Below are positions 37,081 through 46,610 of a DNA stretch of 64,000 bases, one piece after another; position 1 is the first letter of the stretch; every line of letters starts with the position of its first letter. The stretch comes from Candidatus Daviesbacteria bacterium (GTDB lineage Bacteria; Patescibacteriota; Microgenomatia; Daviesbacterales; UBA10151). Made by a program: the position numbers and the translations under genes. The notes beneath the pieces are model-generated. The model saw only the letters and a program-made list of their open reading frames with translations, was not told the DNA's origin and ran no database searches. The stretch spans positions 14,943 to 78,942 of the forward strand of contig JBEPVZ010000001.1 of the NCBI GenBank assembly GCA_041690695.1, read 5' to 3'.

Positions 37081-37659
37081 ATGACAAATGAAAAGAAGAG
37101 ATGTGGCTGGGCAGAATCCGATCCATTGAATCTTGCCTACCATGATTTGGAATGGGGAATTCCAATGCATGATGATAAAACTCTCTTTGCAATGTTAACG
37201 CTGGAGGGTGCCCAAGCCGGACTGTCTTGGACAACAATTTTGAAAAAAAGACAAAATTATAAAAAAGCTTTTGACTCATTTGATGTCAATAAAATTGCAA
37301 AATATACTCCATACAAAATCAACTCACTTCTTGCAGATAGTGGAATTATTAGAAACAAACTCAAGATCGCCGCAACTATTCAAAATGCCAAAGCTTTTCT
37401 TGAGATACAAAAAGAGTTTGGAAGTTTTGATAAATATATTTGGCAGTTTGTCGGAAATAAACCAATTAAAAACTCACTCCAAAATTTAAGTGAGTACCCA
37501 ACTAAAACTAAGGAATCAGAAGCTATGAGCAAGAATTTGCTGACAAGAGGATTTAAATTTGTTGGCCCGACAATTTGTTATGCTTTTATGCAAGCAGTTG
37601 GGATGACCAATGATCACCAAGTAAAGTGCTTTCGTTATAAGGAAATGTCTTCTTTATAG
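37081..37659 (+). CDS. tag: DNA-3-methyladenine glycosylase I
   Basis: RCGW...YHDLEWG, LEGAQAGLSW, IIRNKLKI, FVGPTICYAFMQAVG..NDH..C. Confidence 0.95.
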   Translation: MTNEKKRCGWAESDPLNLAYHDLEWGIPMHDDKTLFAMLTLEGAQAGLSWTTILKKRQNYKKAFDSFDVNKIAKYTPYKINSLLADSGIIRNKLKIAATIQNAKAFLEIQKEFGSFDKYIWQFVGNKPIKNSLQNLSEYPTKTKESEAMSKNLLTRGFKFVGPTICYAFMQAVGMTNDHQVKCFRYKEMSSL

Positions 37660-37707
37660 TATTACGATTGATTGATCCTATCTTTATTGGGGAATATAAT
37701 ACCTAAC

Positions 37708-38160
37708 ATGCTCGAGGGTGAATATTCATATAAGTCTTTTATGGCTACTTCCGAAGGAAAGTTAGATTTAGGCGATTATTTGCCTGCTGTGGCAAATTTA
37801 TATTCTAGCCTTCATGTCGTGCCACAGGACTCTTGCCCAATCGAGGAATTAGAATTTAGTCTAGGCATTCAAAATCCGTCAGTGGTGATCGCTTTAAATA
37901 CGAGTTCAGAAGTTGTTGGGTATGGCATCCTTCGGATCATTACCCCTAAAATAGCAGACTTAAGTAGCGCTTTTGTTAAAGAGTCAGACCGAAGACGAGG
38001 TATTTATAAAGAACTTGTCAAACGAAGAATTGACATCGCCAAACAAAAAGGGTCACAACGCATCCAAATCTATCCAGCCCATTCTGACTCCATTCAGATA
38101 CCTTATTTCCTAAAAGAGGGTTTTCAGCAGCGAGATGAATGGTATATAAAAGATTTGTAA
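37708..38160 (+). CDS. GNAT family N-acetyltransferase
   Basis: FVKESDRRRGIYKEL motif A; F..EGF; probable ATG at 37708. Confidence 0.7.
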   Translation: MLEGEYSYKSFMATSEGKLDLGDYLPAVANLYSSLHVVPQDSCPIEELEFSLGIQNPSVVIALNTSSEVVGYGILRIITPKIADLSSAFVKESDRRRGIYKELVKRRIDIAKQKGSQRIQIYPAHSDSIQIPYFLKEGFQQRDEWYIKDL

Positions 38161-38182
38161 AAAGTTTTGATATAATTTGGAC

Positions 38183-38809
38183 ATGAAATATTACTTATCC
38201 TCATACCGACTTGGAAACGAGATTGAGAAATTAAAATCGCTTTTAAAACAAACCTCAGGTAAATTTGGATATATTCCCAATGCTTTAGATTCAGCTAAAT
38301 CTGATACAGATAGACTAAAAAATCATATTGAAAAAGACATGAATAGTCTAAAAGAGTTGGGAGTAGAGATCGAGTTACTTGATTTAAAAGATTATTTTGG
38401 AAAAGAAAGTGAGTTAAAAGACAAATTAGCCAAGTTAGGTGGGGTCTATGTCAGTGGTGGTAATACTTTTATTCTTCGCCAAGCCATGCAGATTAGTGGC
38501 TTTGATAAAGCTCTTGTCGAGATGTCAGATCGGGAAGACTTTGTTTATTGTGCATATAGTGCCGGTGTTTGTGTCTTAGGACCCACTTTAAGAGCCTACG
38601 CGATTGTCGATGACTCAACCGAGATGCCTTATTCCGAAATTAAAGAGACAATTTGGGAAGGCTTGGGAATTTTAGACTTTATCTTTGAGCCACATTATCG
38701 ATCAGATCATCCAGAATCGGAGACTGTTGAAAAAGAAGTTCAATTTTGTATTGATAATAAACTCTTGTTTAAAACTTATAAAGATGGGGAAGTTTTGATC
38801 ATAGAGTGA
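38183..38809 (+). CDS. peptidase S51 (dipeptidase E-like) protein
   Basis: YIPNA, VSGGNTFIL, YSAG nucleophile, PHY; probable ATG at 38183. Confidence 0.85.
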   Translation: MKYYLSSYRLGNEIEKLKSLLKQTSGKFGYIPNALDSAKSDTDRLKNHIEKDMNSLKELGVEIELLDLKDYFGKESELKDKLAKLGGVYVSGGNTFILRQAMQISGFDKALVEMSDREDFVYCAYSAGVCVLGPTLRAYAIVDDSTEMPYSEIKETIWEGLGILDFIFEPHYRSDHPESETVEKEVQFCIDNKLLFKTYKDGEVLIIE

Positions 38810-39109
38810 GCCTATAACTTGCTTTTTTAAGGTTTTTGTGGTATAATACATTTACTTAAAGTTAATAAATCGCAGATTGAAGATTAATATCTGCATATTC
38901 AAACACACTTTTTCTCTCGAATTTTATTTTAGAAACAGCCAAATTTAATCGCTAGTTTTTATAAGTTCACGGATCTTAGCTTCTGAGTAGGCAGTTATTT
39001 ATTTTCAATCACTAAATCGATCTTATTAGCTAATTTAAAAACCTGGGCAATATTGTCAAAGGCTTTTTTTAAAAATTTTGATGACGTCAGACTTTGGTAT
39101 AATCCCGCC

Positions 39110-39550
39110 ATGGAAATAATAGTCGAATCGCCCAAATCACCGCTCAAACAATTTCGTTTTTTGGAAAAACTATGGGAAGTCACCTATCGTGAGTCGACAC
39201 AAGTCACCGACGGGGTAAGATGTGATGTTTATACATTTCCCGAAGATCCTAAAAAAGATTTAGCAATTTTAACCATATCGGCGGGTAAGAAAACCCCACT
39301 CCAAAGAATTAGAAACGGCGATTTAACTCTTGAAGAATATCTCTCTGGTGAAGGTAGTTTTTTTGTAACAAACCTTGCAGGAAAAACTTATGAACACATT
39401 GTTGGGACTGTCCCAACAGATAGATCATCCTTTGCCGTCAGAATAGGGGAGACTATGCAGTGGCGAGCAGCCCATGACTCTGGGCTCGTGGTTTATGAGA
39501 TTTGTTGGCCACCATATCAAGATGGTCGATTTGAAAACCTAGAAGATTAA
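39110..39550 (+). CDS. hypothetical cupin-like protein
   Basis: TPLQ..., T.E..LSGEG, MQWRA, YEICWPPY; ATG 39110 follows TGGTATAAT. Confidence 0.55.
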   Translation: MEIIVESPKSPLKQFRFLEKLWEVTYRESTQVTDGVRCDVYTFPEDPKKDLAILTISAGKKTPLQRIRNGDLTLEEYLSGEGSFFVTNLAGKTYEHIVGTVPTDRSSFAVRIGETMQWRAAHDSGLVVYEICWPPYQDGRFENLED

Positions 39551-39591
39551 AATTGTTGCTTGTTAAAGCTTAGTCATCTATTATTCTTGGT

Positions 39592-40527
39592 ATGGAGAAG
39601 TTGGCAACAACAGTTCTAAGTCCTCGACTTATAATTTTCTTGCCGATTAGTCTTTATTTAATTGTCGCGACATATTTTATCTATCATCGAACCGCTCTAA
39701 CTCCAGATCAATCGTTTTTAATTCTCTTTATTTTTGCAATCTTTTTTCATAAAGGTCGAGAATTTTTAAAAGATTGGTCAATTCCGATTGGTTTAATTAT
39801 TTTTTACGACTTTTTGCGTGGATTCATTTCTAATTTAGACAGATTACCTCATATTAACCCAATGGTTACTTTTTCTAGAAAACTTTTTGGGAGTACGTTG
39901 AGTGGCAGATGGCAAAAAGCGCTTTTTACCCAAGGTCACTTTCATTGGTATGACTACCTAACTGATTTTGCCTATATGATTCATTTTATTACTCCAATGT
40001 TTGTCGGATACTTGCTTTGGGTAAGTGATAAGAAAGCTTTCAAACAATTTTTTTATAGCCTGGTTTTACTTTCGTATATGGCTCTGATAACTTTTTTAGT
40101 TTTTCCATCGGCTCCACCTTGGTATGCGGCCGCTTATGGATATATCTCTCATAATATCCATTTAGGAGATCTTATTAGCGCGACACTGCCGAAAACTATT
40201 TATTTGCCAACTATTTATTATTTTGTGCCGGCTAATATCTTTGCAGCAGTGCCATCGCTTCACATTGGATATGCTTGGGTAGTCAGTCTAATCGCTATCA
40301 GGAAATCTAAAAAGTTTATTCCGTTAGTTCTTTTCTATGTTTTATTAGAAATATTTTCAGTTATTTATTTGGCTGAGCATTATATTTTGGATGCTTTTTT
40401 AGGTTTAATATACGCCAGCGTTGCCTATTATTTAATCGAATTATTGCTTAGCTCCAAACCTAACTTTGTTCGGAAATTAGTGAAGTCAACTAAAAATCGG
40501 TTGACTTTAGTAATTAGCAGAATATAA
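39592..40527 (+). CDS. PAP2-superfamily membrane protein (Aur1/IPC synthase-like)
   Basis: Y.IHF, FPSAPPW, AAVPSLH, HYILD. Confidence 0.8.
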   Translation: MEKLATTVLSPRLIIFLPISLYLIVATYFIYHRTALTPDQSFLILFIFAIFFHKGREFLKDWSIPIGLIIFYDFLRGFISNLDRLPHINPMVTFSRKLFGSTLSGRWQKALFTQGHFHWYDYLTDFAYMIHFITPMFVGYLLWVSDKKAFKQFFYSLVLLSYMALITFLVFPSAPPWYAAAYGYISHNIHLGDLISATLPKTIYLPTIYYFVPANIFAAVPSLHIGYAWVVSLIAIRKSKKFIPLVLFYVLLEIFSVIYLAEHYILDAFLGLIYASVAYYLIELLLSSKPNFVRKLVKSTKNRLTLVISRI

Positions 40528-40534
40528 TTTAGCC

Positions 40535-40897
40535 ATGGGTTTAATTCCGGAGATCTTTGGAGGTTTATTACATCACGATCATTCCGTTAAAGCTTTTACG
40601 ATCAGTGGCGATTCAGAAGATAAACTGCTACAACAAGTCGAGCGACATGCCCATTTGCCTAAAGGTGGCCTGTCAGTGGAGCCTGACGATTCACTAGCTG
40701 AGGACTTTGAGCCGCTTCGATCAAAAAGAATCATCTCATATCGCCCTCACTCTCAGGTTGGGGTATTATTTGAGCAACCGAAAGGCCCGCACTCACCTTT
40801 AATTGAAATTATTGGTCAAGGCGCCAACTTACCAGTCCATTCCTTAGTAGCTACTATTTGGCCTCAGACTAATTGGCGATTAATCGATAAAGAATAA
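40535..40897 (+). CDS. hypothetical protein
   Basis: 120-aa ORF; TATAAT 6 nt upstream of the ATG. Confidence 0.5.
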   Translation: MGLIPEIFGGLLHHDHSVKAFTISGDSEDKLLQQVERHAHLPKGGLSVEPDDSLAEDFEPLRSKRIISYRPHSQVGVLFEQPKGPHSPLIEIIGQGANLPVHSLVATIWPQTNWRLIDKE

Positions 40898-40927
40898 TCT
40901 CTAATATAATTGTGATAACATCGATCT

Positions 40928-41377
40928 ATGGCTGAGGAAAAAAAACGGGTTGGGGCTGGATTTGGAGTCGTGTTAGTTAAAAACAGCAAAATTTTACTTG
41001 GCCAACGTCATCCTGATCCGGATAAAGCTGATTCGGTCTTTAGAAGTGCCGGGGAATGGTGTTTACCCGGCGGCAAACTCGAATATGGTGAAAGTTTTGA
41101 GGACGGAGCTATTCGCGAGGTCAAAGAAGAGACTGGTATTACTATTAAAAATCCGGAGGTTATCTCGGTTCATAACTGTAAAAATGAACATGCTCATTTT
41201 ATGACCGTGGGATTGGTTGCTAAAAGTTGGACAGGGGAGGCTAGAGTTATGGAACCGGATGAGATTATCGATTGGCAATGGTTTGATTTAAAAAAGTTAC
41301 CCAAACCTCGTTATTTTCCAAGTTTCGAAGTTATTGAGAATTATTTAAAAACCAAGTTTTATATTAAACGCCTTTAA
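40928..41377 (+). CDS. NUDIX hydrolase (NUDT15/MutT-like)
   Basis: WCLPGGKLEYGESFEDGAIREVKEETG; MEPDE...WQWF. Confidence 0.9.
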   Translation: MAEEKKRVGAGFGVVLVKNSKILLGQRHPDPDKADSVFRSAGEWCLPGGKLEYGESFEDGAIREVKEETGITIKNPEVISVHNCKNEHAHFMTVGLVAKSWTGEARVMEPDEIIDWQWFDLKKLPKPRYFPSFEVIENYLKTKFYIKRL

Positions 41378-41759
41378 GAATCTGCTCATGTAATTTAGTT
41401 GTGTCAAGATTGACACCTAATCTAAACGCAAGCAAGACTGCTCTTTTGGTCTGTTGCTCGACAGGACCATCAAAGTTCCAAAATGTTCTAGCATATTCAT
41501 TGTAATCTCTCGGGAATTTTCCAGGATCTGACCAATTCACCGCCTGATCAATACTTAACTGACCCAATCTTTCAGTATTAACTCTGGTTCGAGTTTGGAC
41601 TTTTAAACCTCCGTTACTCCGAGCCAAAACAATACTTTTAATGGCTTTTGCATCAGGTCCTAAATGCTCGATTAAACCATCAACCACTTCTTCATCAGGT
41701 CTTTGAAATCCAGCCACGTATTCTTCCGGATAACCTTGTGAATTCCATTCCTCAGTCAT
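41364..41759 (-). CDS. hypothetical protein
   Basis: 131-aa ORF. Confidence 0.5.
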   Translation of the reverse strand: MTEEWNSQGYPEEYVAGFQRPDEEVVDGLIEHLGPDAKAIKSIVLARSNGGLKVQTRTRVNTERLGQLSIDQAVNWSDPGKFPRDYNEYARTFWNFDGPVEQQTKRAVLLAFRLGVNLDTTKLHEQILKGV

Positions 41760-41844
41760 AACCCAATATTACTAAATTGATCTTTAAGAAACTAGAGAGA
41801 TATTCAGTTGCTTTAATAATCTATTTGTGAAATTATATCTTTAG

Positions 41845-42153
41845 ATGGCTTTATCTAAAACTTGGACAACCGTTACACCCTTATCCAAAACTTTAGCCTT
41901 ACTTCTTGTTATCGCTTTACCATTTATCGGTTTTTATTTTGGTACTAAATATGCGACACCACAATTACCACCCCAACTTCACGCGGTTTTACCAACTCCA
42001 ACCGCTTCATCAGGTGATAATGGCACTAAACTTTGTTCCTCAGATAGTGATTGCTCGAGCGATCAAAATTGCGTCACTCCAGGCCCGGTTCACGTAGATC
42101 CGAGCTTAAATAAAAGCTATTGCTATAACAAAGGCACAGCTATTCCACTGTAG
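41845..42153 (+). CDS. small membrane-anchored Cys-containing protein
   Basis: TTVTPLSKTLAL...LPFIGFYFG TM segment; CSSDSDC..C..C motif. Confidence 0.65.
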   Translation: MALSKTWTTVTPLSKTLALLLVIALPFIGFYFGTKYATPQLPPQLHAVLPTPTASSGDNGTKLCSSDSDCSSDQNCVTPGPVHVDPSLNKSYCYNKGTAIPL

Positions 42154-42192
42154 TCTTCTTTTGACCACTTAACGCTGTATAATCAGTAAACT

Positions 42193-43371
42193 ATGGACTT
42201 TAATTTTGACACCGATTTAGCTATTTTTAATCCGCTCTTAGCCCGCCGACCAGAGATTGATCAGGATAAGCTTAAGATCGATTTAGAAAACTATTATTTA
42301 CCGTATTTAAAAAAGCTGATTGCCATTTATAAACAAAGGCTCTCAACTGAAGGTCTCATTGTCGGAGTTTCAGCCATCCAAGGAGCGGGTAAAACCACTC
42401 AAGGCGAGATCGTCGAAGTTTTACTTAAACATCTCGGATTTAACTCGGTTCATTTATCTCTTGATGATCATTATCTAACTCATCTTGAACTGTCCGAACT
42501 TCAGAAAAAAGACCCTCGATTTATTCGTCGGGGAGTCACCCATGATATCGTTTTGGCTTTAAGAGATTTACACAATTTAAAAACCATGTCGGATCAGCCA
42601 ATTTTAATTTCCGGTTATGATAAAGGCGCCCACCATGGGGCAGGCGATCGGTTTAAATTTATTAACCCTATTCCCAAACTAATTCAAAACTTTACCATTC
42701 AGGATCAGACATTAATTTTAGTATCGGCGACTTTTGAGGGCAAGTTAATTAAATTGCCCGATAATATGGGGGCTTCGATTAGACTTGATGAGCCTAACTT
42801 ACCGATGGCTTTAAATAAATTACTGGAGAGTCATTCAAATCGGGGAGTAGAGTTAATCATTGAAAATGGTCATGCTGAATTTAAAACTCATAAGGATAAT
42901 TTTCCAATCGACTTGAGCCATTTACCAAATGGCTGGAATTTAGTTACTGAAAAGCCAAACTTTGTCTTTTATGATGGCTGGATGTTAGGCGTTAGGCCAG
43001 CCAAAAATGAGCGCGTCTTTGAAACTCAGTTGCCAGCTCTTGAAAAACCAGAAGATCAGCAGTTTGCCAAAGATGTCAATAAAAAACTGGTTAATTATCA
43101 GCCACTTTGGGAGATGATTAATTTTATGAATGTTTTATATGTTCCCAACTATCAGATCTCAATTACCTGGCGAGATCAGGCTGAACAAAAATTACGTGCC
43201 AAAGGCGAGGGGATGAGTCCTCAGGAGATAATTGACTTTGTTCATTATTTTTGGCGATCAGTTCACCCAGCTATTCAGATTGAGAATTTAATCCAAGATC
43301 ACAACCATAGCCAACAAGTGGTGGTAATTAATGATGATCACAGTATTAAAGGCTTTCTGAATCGGACATGA
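42193..43371 (+). CDS. P-loop kinase, D-glycerate 3-kinase (GLYK)-like, with an internal insertion
   Basis: GVSAIQGAGKTT, SLDDHYLTH, RG.THD, YDKG.H.GAGDR, DGWMLG, WR.QAE..LR..G.GMS. Confidence 0.75.
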   Translation: MDFNFDTDLAIFNPLLARRPEIDQDKLKIDLENYYLPYLKKLIAIYKQRLSTEGLIVGVSAIQGAGKTTQGEIVEVLLKHLGFNSVHLSLDDHYLTHLELSELQKKDPRFIRRGVTHDIVLALRDLHNLKTMSDQPILISGYDKGAHHGAGDRFKFINPIPKLIQNFTIQDQTLILVSATFEGKLIKLPDNMGASIRLDEPNLPMALNKLLESHSNRGVELIIENGHAEFKTHKDNFPIDLSHLPNGWNLVTEKPNFVFYDGWMLGVRPAKNERVFETQLPALEKPEDQQFAKDVNKKLVNYQPLWEMINFMNVLYVPNYQISITWRDQAEQKLRAKGEGMSPQEIIDFVHYFWRSVHPAIQIENLIQDHNHSQQVVVINDDHSIKGFLNRT

Positions 43372-44093
43372 AACACCACCCAGTTGAAGCTATCTTTGAA
43401 GAAAAAGCCAGGATTGGTAAGCTCTCTCAAATTAGAGAGTTAGTTTTCGGAGCTCAAGATGGATTACTTGTTCCCTTGGGAGTTATCTCATCTGTGGCCG
43501 GAGCATTTAATAATAATCACTTTGTATTGGTGGCGGGAATTTCAGAGGCTCTGGCCGGAGCATTTTCGATGGGAACCGGAGCGTACTTAGCATCACAAGC
43601 TGAGAGACAGGTTCATGATTCTGAGATCGCGAAGGAGCAGGCCGCTATCAAAAAAGATTTTGGCCGAGAGAAAGGTGAGATGGTCTTAATTTTTGAACGT
43701 GAAGGTCTTAATAAAGATGATGCCACCCACTTAGTTGATTATTTATCTAAAAGTGAGCAATCTTTTTTTACGACTATGGTTCAAAAGGAGCTTGGGATTG
43801 ATCCTGATCCGGTCGGAACACCAGTTGGTGATGCGGCTTTTGTCGGACTGTCATATTTAGTTGCGGCCGTGATACCTCTTTTCCCGTATTTTTTCTTACA
43901 CGGCGGAATTGCGATTATTACCTCAATTTTAGCAACCTTTATTGCGCTATTTGGAATTGGGGTTTTAAAAGGCAAGTTTGCGACTTTGCCATACTTAAAA
44001 AGCGGACTACAAGTTTTATTGGTTGGAGCAGGCTCAGGGATTGGGGGATACTTACTAGGGAGTGTTTTACCTCACCTGCTTGGCATTAAATGA
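43368..44093 (+). CDS. VIT1/CCC1 family metal transporter
   Basis: VFGAQDGL, AGAFSMGTGAYL, ELG. Confidence 0.9.
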   Translation: MKHHPVEAIFEEKARIGKLSQIRELVFGAQDGLLVPLGVISSVAGAFNNNHFVLVAGISEALAGAFSMGTGAYLASQAERQVHDSEIAKEQAAIKKDFGREKGEMVLIFEREGLNKDDATHLVDYLSKSEQSFFTTMVQKELGIDPDPVGTPVGDAAFVGLSYLVAAVIPLFPYFFLHGGIAIITSILATFIALFGIGVLKGKFATLPYLKSGLQVLLVGAGSGIGGYLLGSVLPHLLGIK

Positions 44094-44146
44094 GCCTGAG
44101 CTGGCTCTTGCATTTTAGCTTATGATTTGGGTATAGTTTTTAAATC

Positions 44147-44602
44147 ATGGACGAGCAAGTAACTGAGGCTGAAGAGACCACTACCCCAACCGTTGGACTA
44201 CCTAACGATAATTCACCGGCCATGGTTATTCTTAACTTGGAAAATTTAATCCGGACTCATCTAACTTCGATCGATACCATGGAAGACGAGTTAAAAAAGC
44301 ACTCCGATATGTTAAATGATATCTTTGAAAACGATCCAACTTACAAAGAGCACGCTGAAAAATCTAAAGAAGCCAGCCGAGTTAAAACTAACACCAAACT
44401 CCAGATTCTTAAACAACCCCAAGCCGCCGAGCTTGATTCTAAAGTCAAAACCTTTAAATCTGAGCTGGGAGATACCAAAGCCGCTCTAGCGGATTATGTC
44501 CGGGAATATGCCCGTTTATCAGGGCTGACTGAGATTACAGGCGACGATGGCGAGATTAGAGAGATTGTCTATACGGCTAAATTAGTTAAAAAAGCAAGTT
44601 AA
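44147..44602 (+). CDS. hypothetical coiled-coil protein
   Basis: 151-aa helical ORF. Confidence 0.65.
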   Translation: MDEQVTEAEETTTPTVGLPNDNSPAMVILNLENLIRTHLTSIDTMEDELKKHSDMLNDIFENDPTYKEHAEKSKEASRVKTNTKLQILKQPQAAELDSKVKTFKSELGDTKAALADYVREYARLSGLTEITGDDGEIREIVYTAKLVKKAS

Positions 44603-44628
44603 TAAATAGGAGAGGAGGTGACTTTTTA

Positions 44629-44898
44629 ATGGATAATACAAATCAACCAACCGGCACAGCCGATCCAATGACGCCACCTGCAGCCCCAACTGGAATGCCA
44701 GGAACTGAACCAATGACTCCTCCAGCAGCCCCAACAGGCATGCCAGAGCCAACTTCAACTCCTGCACCTGCAAGTGATGGTTCAACTCAACCTTGGCCAC
44801 CAACAACTCCAACCTCAACCGGTGGAGATGTGCCAGCAGCACCTGAAGCACCAATGACCCCTCCAACAGGAACGGGTACACCTGGAGCAGCTGTTTAA
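44629..44898 (+). CDS. Pro/Thr/Ala-rich low-complexity protein with internal repeats
   Basis: Strong SD AGGAGGTGA; PMTPPAAPTGMP repeated twice. Confidence 0.55.
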   Translation: MDNTNQPTGTADPMTPPAAPTGMPGTEPMTPPAAPTGMPEPTSTPAPASDGSTQPWPPTTPTSTGGDVPAAPEAPMTPPTGTGTPGAAV

Positions 44899-44918
44899 TT
44901 AGCTGACTTTGGAAAACT

Positions 44919-44948
44919 TTTATCCCTGACTTTTAAGTCAGGGGTAAA
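44919..44948. terminator. hairpin terminator between convergent genes
   Basis: TTTATCCCTGACT-TTTA-AGTCAGGGGTAAA inverted repeat. Confidence 0.7.
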
Positions 44949-44954
44949 GGTTGG

Positions 44955-45914
44955 TTAAATGAGAAGTTTAGTTTTCAATTTTTCAAGTGAATTATCATCC
45001 AAAACTGAAACTGTTAAGATTTCAGGATTAAGTTTTTTCAAGATTTTAAGCTTATCTTTCAAAATATCTTCTGTCACTTCGTCCGTTTTAGTCACAATTA
45101 TTAGTTGAGGTTTTTTAATTAGCTCTGGACTAAAATGATCCAACTCTTGTTGAATAGTTTGATAATCAGCTTTTGGATCAACAGAATCAGCCCCAATACA
45201 GTGGAGAAGTAAGCTGACCTTTTCAATATGCCGCAAAAATTTAATGCCCAACCCTTTACCCATCGAAGCCCCTTCAATTAGTCCTGGAATATCCGCTAAA
45301 ACTTTTCTCTGGCCATTTTGATCAGTTAAAACGCCTAAGTTCGGATCAATAGTTGTAAAGGCGTAAGGCGCAACTTTAGCTTGAGCATTAGTTAAAGCGT
45401 TTAATAAACTACTTTTACCAACATTTGGTAAACCAATTAAGCCATAATCAGCAATTAGTTTTAAAACCACTTTAAAACGTCGCTCTTGGCCATCTAAGCC
45501 CGGTTGAGCAAATTCCGGAGTGGTCCGAGTTGAAGACCTAAGTTCATAATTACCTCGGCCACCCAAGCCACCCTTACAAACTAAGATGGGCTCGGTTAAA
45601 GCGTTAATTTCAACTTCCTGATTAGTTTCTAAATCAGTTAAAGTCGTTCCAGCTGGAAATTCTAAAATTAAATCTTGACCGTTCTTACCAGTTTTTAAAA
45701 AGGTATCGCCAGGTTGACCATTTTCAGCGATTAGTAAGTTCTTTTTGACATAACGATTTAAGGCCGTTAAATCGGTCGTGGTATGAATATAAATATCGCC
45801 ACCTCGACCACCATTGCCGCCATTTGGACCAGCTTTAAGTTTGGGGTAAAATGACATTTTGCCCGCTCCACCGTGGCCAGCTTTTAAAATTATATTTAAC
45901 TCATCTGTTAACAT
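44955..45914 (-). CDS. obgE: GTPase ObgE
   Basis: Gly-rich Obg fold GGNGGRGG, GLPNVGKSS, YAFTT, DIPG, TKTD; probable ATG at 45914. Confidence 0.95.
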   Translation of the reverse strand: MLTDELNIILKAGHGGAGKMSFYPKLKAGPNGGNGGRGGDIYIHTTTDLTALNRYVKKNLLIAENGQPGDTFLKTGKNGQDLILEFPAGTTLTDLETNQEVEINALTEPILVCKGGLGGRGNYELRSSTRTTPEFAQPGLDGQERRFKVVLKLIADYGLIGLPNVGKSSLLNALTNAQAKVAPYAFTTIDPNLGVLTDQNGQRKVLADIPGLIEGASMGKGLGIKFLRHIEKVSLLLHCIGADSVDPKADYQTIQQELDHFSPELIKKPQLIIVTKTDEVTEDILKDKLKILKKLNPEILTVSVLDDNSLEKLKTKLLI

Positions 45915-45956
45915 GAGGCTATTATAACAAGTTAAGGTATAATTATTTTCTAAACT

Positions 45957-46559
45957 ATGAATTTTCCAGTTGAAACCTTGCAGCAACTACTCGATAGTTG
46001 GGGATATTTAATTGTTTTTGGTTTTGTCGCGATCGAGAGTACCGGTATTCCTTTTCCGGGCGAGACGATGTTAATTGTAGCGGCCGTTTACGCCGGGCTC
46101 GGCAGTATTAGTATTTTAGGAGTGATTGTTTCAGCAGCTCTCGGCGCGATCTTCGGTGATAGTTTAGGTTACTGGATCGGACGAAAAGGTGGTTATCCAC
46201 TTCTTCAAAAATATGGTAAATATATTTTTATTGACCAGCCCAAAATGGATTGGGCTAAGCGTTATTACCATAAACATGGTGATAAAACCGTTTTTCTAGG
46301 TCGGTTTGTGGCTGTTTTAAGAGCTTGGTCGGCCTTTTTAGCCGGGGTTAACCAGATGCCATGGCCAAAGTTTTTACTCTTTAATGCGAGCGGTGGAATT
46401 GTCTGGGCGACGACTTTTGGATTGCTCGGTTTTTATTTATCAAACAATATCGAGTTTTTACATCGTTTGATTCAAAAACTAGGCATTATTTCGGTTATTA
46501 TCTTAATTATTTTGCTTGGCTTAGTTTACATAACCTGGAAAAGACGTAAAGATAACTAA
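45957..46559 (+). CDS. DedA family membrane protein
   Basis: ESTGIPFPGE, GDSLGYWIGR, GRFVAVLR. Confidence 0.92.
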   Translation: MNFPVETLQQLLDSWGYLIVFGFVAIESTGIPFPGETMLIVAAVYAGLGSISILGVIVSAALGAIFGDSLGYWIGRKGGYPLLQKYGKYIFIDQPKMDWAKRYYHKHGDKTVFLGRFVAVLRAWSAFLAGVNQMPWPKFLLFNASGGIVWATTFGLLGFYLSNNIEFLHRLIQKLGIISVIILIILLGLVYITWKRRKDN

Positions 46560-46610
46560 CTCCACTAGGTGACATCTTCTATTAACTTCTTGTAAGATAT
46601 ATTTAGGCTC

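Noticed and set aside
38810-39090. Intergenic stretch with TGGTATAAT and a GCAGAT/ATCTGC hairpin, a possible ncRNA
   Set aside because: It shows no recognisable RNA family features, and one short hairpin in AT-rich DNA is insufficient evidence.
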